Source: Bilabrum cf. latius
Taxonomy: Eukaryota
NCBI GenBank assembly: GCA_965178125.1
Contig: OZ237768.1
Location: 186,001-250,000, forward strand
Length of the DNA: 64,000 nucleotides
Direction of reading: 5' to 3'
A program made the translations under genes and the position numbers. Shown piece after piece: positions 24,662 through 35,800 of this stretch; the stretch's first letter is position 1; every line of letters begins with the position of its first letter. A model generated the notes under the pieces. That model was not told where the DNA came from, did not search any database, and saw nothing but the letters and a program-made list of their open reading frames with translations.

Positions 24662-27049
24662 TCAATATGTCCCATGCGCCGACGCCGCGTCCCAGGGCCT
24701 GTCCACGGGGATGTACGGCTCTCTGTACCCGCAGTCGTCCCTGTCCCCCGGCCCTCCCGACCCGTCGGAATTGCCAAACCCCAGGAAGCAGTCGCAATTT
24801 CCGGTGTTGTGGTTGCACCTGCCCCTCCCGCTGCACTCGTCATTTTCCGTTGTGCCTTTCTCCGCCTCTGCAGCCGCCAGCCCGCCGGAGAATGCCAGGT
24901 CCTGCCCCTGCACAAAGTCCGCGCCGTCTCCCTCCACAGTCAATGGGGGCAAGTCGCCGTTCTCCGACTTGAACGAGAACGTGATCACGTTTCCCGGAGC
25001 CCCCACGCAAGCCTGGTTGTTCCCCGGCGCGTACCTCACCTCTATGACTCCGATCGTCTCGAGGGACTCGAGGGCCTATCTGACCTGGGCGGTCGTGGCA
25101 GTGCTCGCGATGGGCTCCGTGACGGCCTCCCTAAACTTGAGGCGGAACGCGGGGCTGCTAATGCTGCCCGAGCCCAAGTACGTGCACGCCAGGGTCTGCA
25201 CCTCGTCAGCCTGGCCAGTGGTGGTGACGTCGTCTCCGGTCTGGCACGTCCGCAGGCTGCAATCGGGCCCTTCAAACCCCGGGTCACAGAGGCACCCGAA
25301 CGAGGAGCGAGCGTCCCACGTGTCACCATTGTTCTGGTTCAGCCCATACGTGAACGGAGTGAGGACTCCGTTGGTCGTGGCCAGCTGCGCGAGGGCCCGC
25401 ATGCTGAGGCACCGGCCGTGCCCCGAGCACACCCCGTCCGGCTCGACCTTCCCCGGGCACGAGTTGCGCTCGCACGCCTGCCCCTCATACCCCAGGCGAC
25501 ACTCGCACGTGCCAGTCAATCGGTTGCACGTGCCGGCGTTGGAGCACTCTGCCAGTGCGTGCGCCTGGTCGTCAGCCGAGGGCTCGTCGAACCAGGATGG
25601 GCCCTGCTTGCAGGTCATGAGCGAGCAGTCGCCCCCTGTCCAGCCCGCCTCGCACGAGCACTGGTACGTGGGATGCCCGCTGCACCGCCCGTGACCGGAG
25701 CACTCAACGGCTATACCCGGACATGACGTGATGGGCTCCTCGTCGTACCCGCAATCGCCTCTGTCACCGGGGGCCCCCCGCCCATTGGAAGAGAGAAAGC
25801 CCGTGTAGCACCTGCAGGTGCCCGTCCTCTCATCGCACGTGCCCCTGCCAGAGCACGGAAGGGATTCAGTGGTGCCTGGCTGGGACGAAAACTGGACGCC
25901 ATCTCCTCTCTGTAGCTGGTTTCCATCGGTGGCCAAAGAAATGTCCGAGGCATCCGCAGCATCCAGATTCGTGCCGTCTGCTGCTTTTAGCACCAGGCTA
26001 GGAACGCTGCAGGTCAAAAGAAGGAAAGGTGTAGTAATAGAGGTTGGTGGCATTGGTGGATTGATTCCGAGCGCAGTGGAAGACTTCTCACTCCCCGTGC
26101 GGCATGCTGAAAGTGACCGATACCACATTGTTGGACACTGGCGCAGACCCATCGCATATGGTTGATATGGTACTGCCTGGACTACTAAATGCCACCTGCA
26201 CGCTTTCAATCGTTGGGAGGGACATCAGCGCATTCTGCAGCTCCGTTGCAGTCATGCTCGCCGTCAGCACCGGGGTCATGGCGTGCTGGAACATGAGAGT
26301 AAAGCGGAATCCTGAGGCGGCATCCTTATCACAACGCAGCAGTTGGACTTCACTGGCTTGGCCGGTAGTCATGGGATCATCTCCAAGCGGGCACAGCTCG
26401 TGGTTGCAGTCGAATCCGCCATAGCCGCGGTCGCACTTGCACCCGTACAGCTTGTCTGCATCCCAGTTCGCCTCGTATGAATAGGTAGGCAAGCCTTCGT
26501 CCATAAATCGCGATAAAAACATCATACTTAAGCATTCGCCGTGGCCGTTACAGTCATTTGGGCATATGCCTGCGCTATGAACGTGCTGAGAGTTGCAGGG
26601 TGTTGGATGCGACGAGCACGGATGGGCACAGCTCGGTTCTACTCTCAGGCTTACTTCTTTGGCACGCTGCTCCCTCGTACCCATGAAAACACGCACATGT
26701 ACCCGTTGAAGAGTCGCACAATCCTTTGTTTGAGCAAGGCGCATATCTGTGCGCTTGGTCAATCCCAACGGTGACATCGCTCCATGCTCGACCAGTTGGG
26801 CATTTTCGGGAAGAGCAATCTCCTCCCTCCCACTTTGCAAAACATGAGCACTTAGCAGGTCCCTGCGATGCCATAATATTGCCCCGGCCAGTGAGAAAAT
26901 GGGGTTCAGGTATGCGAGTTGAAGTTGCGTCGCATGCACGCCAAACATTGTCATACCTAGCATCGTCCATGTCCACTGCAGTGGTTTGGGCAACGGCCCA
27001 AGCTGGAATAAATTGACATCAAAATTATACCCGCCGCCTATATTCGCAT
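24662..27049 (-). CDS. Secreted multi-EGF tubular mastigoneme-like protein (Sig1/Ocm1/Mas family), ~707 aa; exons 27049-26957, 26862-26655, 26569-26092, 26006-24662
   Basis: Signal-peptide-like start, then CPNHCSGHGRC, CSSRKCPTGRAWSD, AHRYAPCSNKGLCD, GYEGAACQRSICPNDCNGHGEC, WDADKLYGCKCD, CPLGDDP. The module is internally duplicated. It has three phase-consistent GT-AG introns, 3 TAGs (27040, 26959, 25078) and ends in TGA. Confidence 0.85.
26007..26091 (-). other. Spliceosomal intron, 85 nt
   Basis: GTGAGA...TTTTGACCTGCAG; splicing gives HGDVPSLV, matching NGDLPPLT in the second repeat. Confidence 0.85.
26570..26654 (-). other. Spliceosomal intron, 85 nt
   Basis: GTAAGC...GCGCAG; splicing gives CQRSICPNDC. 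Confidence 0.85.
26863..26956 (-). other. Spliceosomal intron, 94 nt
   Basis: GTATGA...ATCGCAG; splicing completes the first EGF unit CSGHGRC(TAG)GPAKCSC. Confidence 0.85.
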
Positions 27050-27321
27050 GATAATCTTGAGTTAGGTTTCAATTTAGCGAACGCTCGCTTCGTGCACAGG
27101 TAAATCAGACTGGAGCAAGCAGTGTGTAGCGTGCCATAATTCAACCAGAACCGTCGCTAATTGCAGAGCTGTGCTATTCGTCTTGCCATGGTTGACCGAT
27201 CGAGTGAGTCAGTTTGTGGGGAAGCCTATCTACAAGGTATCCTTTGCTGGATCGATAGTTCAGATGAATCCGGGAAATACGTGTTTTGTTCTGCTGTCTC
27301 TGCCAACCTTGTTTCGCAGCG

Positions 27322-29520
27322 ATGGATGACTACGGCGGCGATTGGGAGGCGGAGCTTGGGAATGGAATGGATGCGGGGTTTGATGACTACATGAGCGCAC
27401 CAGCCCCGGCTCCAGCCCCGGCTCCTGCTTCGGCGCCCGCACCTCGTCCGGCACAGCGCGGTGGCAGGCAAGCTGGCGCAGGCAAGGCCGAGCAGCGCCC
27501 AACTTCGAAGTTCGGCTCGGGCGGTGGGCTTGTTTCGCGGATTGGAGCAGGAAAAGCCGCCGTTGGCGCAACTAGTCTCATCCGCAAGCTCGGCAAGTCA
27601 TCGGGCAGTGCGCAGCAAGCGAAGCCATCATCGAGTGGTGGCGGCAGCTCGTCCGCCTCCCAGGGCCCTGCCAGCCTCAGCATGCACAGCACCAAGAGCG
27701 GCACGCTGCAGCTGAACCCTGCCACCGGATCGTTCGAGCAGGCAGGGGGCAAGCAGAGGCAGGCGCCCAGGCAGTCCGCCGGGATCGCAGCGGCCAGCTG
27801 GCGCAGCGCCGGTGCCGCACCCTCGCCCGCCCCGGCGCCTGCAGCGCACCGCACGCCCGCGGGCGCACCCGCTGCGTCCTCCTCCGCCCCCTAGTCGAAG
27901 CCCACGAACCCCTGGCAGCAGCGCAAGGCTGCTCAGCTGGCCGAGGCACGCAACCCCGGATAGCCCGCGAGCCGGGCCCGGCAGTTCACGGCGGAGGAGA
28001 AGGCGGAGCGCAGGCGGCAGCGGAGGGAGGAGAGCAGGCTGCGGGGGTGCCGCAGCGCGGGCACTCTCTGGGTCCGTCTCCCGAACGGCAAGATCGTGTC
28101 GGACGGACAGCTGGCGGCGGACAGGGCCAAGGCTGCGAGAGAGAGGGAAGAGAAGGAGAAGGAGCAGAAGCAGGGGGCCGAGGAGCAAGGGGAAGAGGGT
28201 CATCGTGGGGGTGCCGGGGTGGCGCACCCGTCTCCAAAGCACGGTGCTGCATCCCATCACGGCTCTGGGTCGCCGCGGTCCCATCACTCCCATCACTCCC
28301 ATCACTCCGAGCACTCGCCTGCCGCCGGCTCTCAGCCAGTCGGCGGTAGCAGCGCCTTTGGGGAGCACTCGTCATCCGCGGACGACCAGGATCCCAGGGA
28401 ACAAGGCCTCGGGGACGTTGCCACGCAGAGTCCTTTCGACGCCAGCCCTGCTGCCGACTCTGGCACCGGTGGGATGCAGCTGGGGGCCCTCGGGGCGGTC
28501 CCCACACTCCCCGGGGGTTCTCCCCACGTTGGGGACACACAGGGGGTATCGCTCCTCTCCGGTGGTGCCGGGGCCGGGGTGGGAGGCGCGCAATCGTCCT
28601 CTTCGGGTGTCTTTGGCGGCGGGGCGTCGCCTCAGATGACCCCCGATGCGGCTCCCTTCCGGCCACCCCTCCATGGGGGCAGCTTGGGCCCATCTGCGGT
28701 GAGCGCAGGGGCTTCGGCAGGCGTGACTGCGGCTCAGGGTGTGACGAGTGCGGCCCAGTCTCTCGGTGCGGTGGGCGGCGGGGCCCAGTGGGGCGTGGTT
28801 GGCAGCCCCGGGACTGCTGCCGTGGGCTGGGGCGCCGCCCCCACCACGCTGCCCCCTCAGCACGCGGGTTGGGGCGCGGCGGGTTACGCGATGCAAGCCC
28901 AGCCGATGGGCGGCGTGGGTCTGCCCATGCAGCAGCAGGCGGGTTTCACGCATGGCATGGCGCTTGGCGGGGTGGACGGTTCGGCTGGGGGAACGTTCGC
29001 CCAGGGTTCGGTCGGGATGGGCGCCGGAGTGGGAATGAGCGTTGGCATGGGAATGGGCATGGGGATGGCCCCAGGCATGGGGATGGGAGGCAGCCTGCCG
29101 ATGATGGCTCAGCCGCAGCCTCATCAGCATCATCATCAGCATCAGCACCAGCAGCACCAGCAGCAGCACCAGCACCCACAGTCTGCGTACGCTCACGGCC
29201 TGCCTTCCTAGTCCGGCGGCATCCAGCATGTGACCCCCGCGGGTGGCGCGCCTGCCTTCCTGCCGTTGCAACACGGGGTGCATGCACAGGGGAGCGCCGC
29301 GCGTGCCGGCACCGGATTGGACCACTTCAAGCAGGGTGCGGGCGGGGGGGCAGGTCAGGGCTCCACGGGTGGGGGCTCGGACGGGTCATCCTGGCAGGCG
29401 TACCAGCAGAGCCAGCAGGCTGGCAGTGGAGGCAGGCGACCAGTCGTGTCGAGTGCGGCGGCAGGTGACCCCAGAAGCATGCCACGGGTGTCTGCAGAGC
29501 CCTCCGGGGAGGGGCAGTGA
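27322..29520 (+). CDS. Low-complexity G/A/Q/H-rich protein, ~732 aa, with a PAM2-like motif
   Basis: ATG 27322 to TGA 29518-29520 with 3 TAGs (27892, 27961, 29209). SPQMTPDAAPFRP resembles the PAM2 (PABP-binding) motif. It contains GM, HQ and SHH repeats. Confidence 0.7.
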
Positions 29521-29855
29521 GCTGGGGCGGCTTGGCTTTTGCTCGAGGTGTGAGCGGTCTGCGAAGGGTTTGCGGCTTGTTTGATGCAGGGTTGGTCGTG
29601 TTTGAAAAGAAATTTGTCGCGGGTGGAACGATTCAATCCATGTTCTCGCTGCATCAGACTTGACACATCGGCGCTCCGATCGAATTGGCACGATGTATTC
29701 GATCCTTGTGGTCGCTAAAATCTCCACATAGGAGGTGCTACTTGGTTCTAAAGTACAACTCTGCGAAGACGCAAGGGAATCATTCTTTCTATACATTTGC
29801 CCAGCCGGAAGTCAATCTTGAGTGATAGATAGAAGGGCTCATAGAGCAAATCCCA

Positions 29856-32800
29856 ATGAGCCATCGGAGCACCAAGTCTGATGGCCACCGCATCCCATCC
29901 TGGCCTGGTCAGTCTACTGCGCTGCAAAGAAGCTTGAGGTTGGTAGACAGATCAGCAACAGTGCCTGGCGATGCGCGTGCCGATTTTCGGGACCTTGAGA
30001 GCAAGCACAAGCATTTTGGAGAAGCGGCGTGGCGAGGTGCAGAGGCAGCATCCAGCGGAGGAAGACCCGACGCTCTCGCTGCTGCTGCTCTCGGTCGCAG
30101 CTATTTCACATCGCCATTTGACAGGTTGACGTAGGGGCCGTCCACCCCGAATTCCAATTCGTGGTCTGATCCGTTGCCGGCAGCGAACGACGAGGAGATT
30201 CGGCCGCCTCCTAGCGCCGCTTCCAGCGCGTCTCTAGCCGCGCTGCTCGGAGCAGACGGTGTTGCTCGATAGAGTGCGCGCAGCAGACACACGTCAGGTC
30301 TATCGGCGGCCGATGAGGCGGATCACCGGGGGACCGGAACCATGTGGCTGCCGCCGTCCGCAGTGCCCGGCGGCGCCACAGACCACCCAGTCGCACTCCC
30401 GGCCCTGCCTCTCCCTGCGCGCTCTGTCTTGGAGGCGCCCGGCGCAGAGGCCTCCCGCATATCTTAGGTGCTATCTGCCAGCGGGCACGGGACGGAGGGC
30501 CCGGGATTCTGCGCCCCCCTGGTGCCAAGGTACGCGCCCTTGGCTGCCGTGGCACCACCGCCCCGGCCTCAGCAGCAGCAGCAGCAGCAGCTGCAGCAGC
30601 AGCAGCAGCAGGCAGCGGGGGCAGGGGCTAGCGCGGAGGCGGCGGCAGCGGGCGCGGCAAGCGCTACCAGGGATGCCGATGCCGGATCGCCCAGCCCAGC
30701 CGATGGCCATGCCCACCCCAGCGGCATGTCTGACGGCCAGTCCTAGTCCTAGCCCCAGCAGCAGCACCAGGCGCTGCACCGCAGTCCAGTGCAGGTCCCT
30801 AGTTGTCCCGCCATCGGAGTTGTCGTGTGCCTGAACGCAGGCACTGACCCCCCCGATTCCAACAAGCCCGCAGGTGCGTCCAGGGCGGAGGCATGCATGG
30901 ACCCGGCCCCGTTCACACCGCCCGTGCAAGCCGGCAGCCAGCAGCTCCTGGCCGATTCAGTGGCTGCCGCGGTTAGCGTCAACTACGATTGTGCCCTGCC
31001 CTTGGAGAGTAAGGCCCGGTTCAGAAAAGGGGGGGGCGGCGGTGGGGGGGGATACTACCAGGGGGAGGGGGGGGGCTCCCAGCCCGCGACCTTGTCCAGT
31101 TCCTCCTACGGGGCCGGCTCCTACGACGGCCTTGGCCTTGGGGGTGGCGGAGGAGGAGGAGGGGGCAGCGGTGTGGGGGACGGGCATGAATCATGGGCCG
31201 GGCCGGCGGACCCCAGGGGGTTGCGACGAAGGTTCGCTCAGAGGTTCTCTGCCACGGCAGCCGACCCCACCCCCGACCACGTCAAGGCGCTCTGCACGCA
31301 GCTGCGAGACGCTGCGGGCCCCTCCGAGCGGGCGCTGCTGCACGTGTGCGGGCGCGGCACGCCCCGGCCCACCACGAGGGGCGAGCTCTGGGCCTTCGAC
31401 GCGTCTTTCTCGCAGTACCTGCCCGTGCCGGTGACCGACATGTGGAGATGGGCCTCGGGCTGCGACACGCTCATGCCGTCGGGCCCGCCCGGGCACCAGA
31501 GATAGGGGTCTGCAGGTCGCGCGGATGCTGCCGCAGCAGCCGCGGACGATGCCGCGGCCCAGGCCTAGGGCGAGTCCACTGTGCCTGGCCTGTCCTTTGC
31601 CCCCCTCACGATCGTGCTTGACTCGGACTGCGCCGCCAGGGTCATACCAGCCTTGGCAAACGCGGTGCGACGCTCCGAGGAGAACGAGCGACAGGCCCTG
31701 CGGCTGTGGTAGCAAAACAGGGCCCGCGCGGCGGTGCGTGGCAGGGATGACGTCATAGCGGAGCTGGAGTCGGGCGCTGACGCAGTGCAGCGATCGGTCC
31801 AGACAACCCCCGCCATGGGGGGCAGCCCTTCCATGACCCCTCGCACAACCCCCATGTCTCCTTCCCAGCGCCCGCTGCAGCCGCAGAAGCTCAGGAGACC
31901 CGGGAGTCGCCGTGCCATGCCGCTGACTGCCGTCGCGAGGGAGAGGGCTAGGAGACCCGGGGCTCAGCGCGGGGGCGAGGACGTCCGGAGGGTAGCTCCT
32001 CCCAGCCCCACGGGGGCTGGGCCTGCCGTGGGATACGGGTCTGGCAGCGGGGGAGGCGCCGCGGGGGGCGGGCGGTACTTTGCGGCCAAGCCAGCAGGAG
32101 CTCCGCAGGGCGGTTTCTCCCAGGAGCGGGCGCAGCGCGCCCTCGGACTGCTCGAAAGGATGAAGAGAGCAGGGGGCGGCTGGTCCGGGGCACCCTCCCC
32201 TTTATTCGCCGGCGGCAGCGGTGGCTTGCAAGCGTCCATTCCGCCGGTGCCGGGTCCTCCCGCACTGGCGAGCGCCGCGGCAAGGCCGCCCCGCCTCTTT
32301 GTGCTGGCGGCGAGCGGCGCCGAGCAGAGCCTCCCGCAGTCTCCTGCCCTGCCCGCCGATTTGTTCACCACGTGCTTGACCTGCCCGCTGCGTGCGCTGC
32401 TCATGGCTGCGGTGGTGCAGAGGGGTCACTCCCTGCCCGCCCTGCTGCTGGCTGCGGCTGGAGGTGGTGTGGACTCGGGCAGCACCGGCCTGGGTGGCGC
32501 CAGCGGCCGCGGCGATAGCGGTGGGTACGGCACGCATCAGCACGGAGCCGGCGGCGGTGCAGGCAGTGGCCACACGAGCAAATTCGCTGCAGCTCTCGGG
32601 CCCTCAGTGCTGCTCCTGGCGCGGATCATGAGTGCTCTCGCGCCTTCCGCCATCGACATGCAGGCAAGAGCGGCGCAGGACGTCGCCCTTCGGCTGGAGA
32701 AGATGCAGAGGCTGGAGCACGCCACCCCAGAGGCTGTCGGGGAGGCGGCCGGGCTCGCCGCTGCCGAGGAGTCTCGTGTCCTGGTGGGTCAGCGGATGGC

Positions 32801-35800
32801 CACGGATGACGGGAGGTTCTTTGCGCCCGTGAGGAGGCTGGGCACGCTGCTTGCCAACGTGGTGGAGGCGATCGCGTTCGAGTGCTGCCCTCCCACACTC
32901 TTCCTGACACTCTTCCGGGGGGATCCCACGGTGGCGCGACTCAGCGCCAGCTTCATCGTCGCCCAGCGCGTGTTTGCCCAGCTGCAGCAATCCACTGGGT
33001 TTCAGGCGCCCGGCTCGCAGCCCGCAGAGCCGCGGTGCTGGCCGGAGATCCCGAGCGAGTGCGGCAGGCACCGTCTCTGGTCGCGAGTGGACGGTGCTGT
33101 GGACGAGTTCATTGCCAGCCTGCCTCTGCTCGCCAGAGAGATCGGGATCGGGGATCCGGTGAGCACGGGGGCGGGCTCCACGATGGCATGGACCCCTATG
33201 GAGCCGGGGTCGCAGGGCGGCGACGGGACACGGGCGGGTGTGCTGGGTTCGACCAACGGCAGAGGCAGGGACGGCGGAAGCGGCGGGCCTGCTGGGTAGA
33301 GGCGCGGAGCAGATGGCAGCCAGGACGCGGGGCAGCGAGCGCTAGCAGAGTACGCGTGGGACCGCGTGGTGGCCCGGCCGTCGTCCATAAGCAGCCGGGG
33401 TAGGAGGGCAGCACCCATGGACCGCAGCGCCGAGATTCTAGACACGGCTGTCGAGTCCCCTAGCCCGCACGCGTCCACCGGTGCACTCGGGGGACTGGTC
33501 TCGGACGCCATTGCACAGCTGCAGCAGCAGGTGGCACAAACCAGGCGACTGACCGATGCAGACACGAGCCCGGCCGCGGGTGGAGCTGCCGAGTCACTTA
33601 TGGCACCGCCCGCTGCTTCGGTCGCCGCCGGTAACGGATCGATGCCCACATGGGCCTACACTCGTCACGGTGGGCACGTGCCCCTCTGGCAGATGCCGCG
33701 AGCGGCCGCGCTGGTGAGGGCGGTGTCCTCCTCTAGGTCAGCAGACGCCCTCTGGGACGAGCTGACCGGGCTGGGCGGGGACGGTCTCATCGGCGCAGTG
33801 GCCCCCGTGATCGCCGGGTTCACCGGTGCCATGCGAAGGTTCGCCTCCGTGCAAAGCGCTCCGCTGCAGAGGCCGGTGTCGGCCGGTCCGGTCATGGCCC
33901 GTCTGCTGCAGCGGGCGCTGGAGGGCCGGGCCATGAGACTTGCCGCCAGTGGGGGCGACGGCATGCCCTCCGCGTCTCTGGCGCTGGCCGCACCGCGGAT
34001 GCTGATGAGGCTGGCGGCCGCTCTGTACCCCACGCCTCAGTTCTTCGTACCGGACTCTGGGACTGCCGATTCCTCGCCGAGCGGTGCCAGCCCTGCCGGC
34101 TCTCGCGGAACGGCTGGTGGACTGGGCTAGCTCATAGAGCAGCAGAGAGGACAGGCAGGGGCCGTGGTGCGCGCTCTGACGGGCACCTCTGGCAACCAGT
34201 ACAGCCAGATGTCGGGGGTGGGTGAGTAGACCAGTGGGGAGGCAGCCATGAGGGGTGTAGAGGCAGCGGTGGGCACACCGAGCTCGGGGGCCGGGCAACC
34301 GGATGCTGCTGCCAGCGGTGGGCAGAGCGCTCGATCTGGCGGCAGGCAGCTGGGACTCAAGGGGACTCGGCATATGCCGCAGGAGGACCCCATTCGCATG
34401 TTGGGCGACAGGTTGACGCTGGGGCAAGTGGCCACCGCGGGTCAGAGCATTTCGCCACCCGAGGCGACCACTCAGGCGGCAGGCGGCACTCTGCCCGTGC
34501 CTCCCGCCGCTTTTGAGCCATTTGCACCCATTGCGGCGTCCACCAACCCGCACACGCAGCACCCCAGCAACCTGGCACTGGCATACAGCGGCTCGGGGTG
34601 GTCTGCGGCAGCCGCGTCTCCCGGGAGTGGTGGCGGCGGGATGCACGGCTCCACAGGAGGGCTGGCCGCGAGCGGTGCCTCGGCGTGGGACGGCTGGAGA
34701 GCCGCCCTGGCATCGAACCGGCTGCACCCCTGGGTTATGGCAGCAGCTGGCGCGTGGTGGCTCGGTGCCTCGGATGCGCCTAGCCGCCACGAGGCGCATC
34801 CCCACGGGTCCCTAAGGGTGCACGCGAGCATGGGACTGGCTGCTTAGCGAGTTGCTGAAGAGGAAGCCGCTTCCCACATGGCTGCTTGGCCTCTACCCAT
34901 CGCCGCGCAGCTGTCGCTGTCTATGCCCGGGGATCGCCTCGACGTCTTGGACACGCTACCAGCGGAAGCGGGCGTCTCCAAGCGGGCATCCACCCTGGCC
35001 TCTGCGGGCGCTGCAGGTGCGCTACCGCTACCTGCCGGGTCGACCCGCCCCCCCTCCACTGGCATGCGCCTGTCCTCGCTGTCGCTCATCGTGAAGGCTC
35101 TCAGCGCGCAGCTGCGGCTGCTGCTGGGTAGGACAGCTCGCGGTGATCCCGCCAGCAACGCGTTCTGGCAGGGGATGGCAGCCGTGGACTCGGCGGAGGC
35201 GGCGGCGCTGGGATGGCAGAGAATCGGCATGCTGCTCGTGCACTTGGCCGGTTGGTGCGACCTCGGGCCGTGGGCAGTGGAGGAGGCGGTGCAGGCAGGA
35301 CTTGTTCCCCCGCTGCGCAAGCTGGTCTGGCTGGCTGCCTTGGCTGGACCCAGCGGCAGGGGTCGACCATCACAGGGTGGTGACCCGCACGATGACGTCA
35401 GCATGCTTGGAGAGCCCATGCTGCTCCCGCCTGCGATCCGGCCCGCCCTCGCCCTGCTTGCGACCAAGTTGATCACGCTGTCGGAGGGACTCGCCTGCGA
35501 GCTGCTGCTGCAGGGGTCAGCCAGCGACGTACTCCTGGAGGACAGGCCCCAGGAGTACGGTGTGCACGATGAGGACGAGGCGGGGACCGCAGGATCGACT
35601 CCTGCCGTCGCCTTTTTGGTCGACCTGATGAAAGAGGCGTCTGCCAGGCGCACGGGGGCGGCTGGGGGCGGTACCGGGGCAGGGTTTGTGGAGGGAAAGA
35701 CCGAGGGTGATGCCGACGAGGAGCCGAGGTACGAGGCAGGGGGCACACCCACCCCGCTCCCGCTCACCCTTCGAGACGCGGGGTGGCTCGCAGCCGCATC

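Noticed and set aside
29521-29855. Suppressor tRNA-Gln(CUA) or other RNA gene in the intergenic gaps
   Set aside because: No cloverleaf or A/B-box pattern was recognised by eye here or in the other gaps. tRNAscan-SE would be needed.
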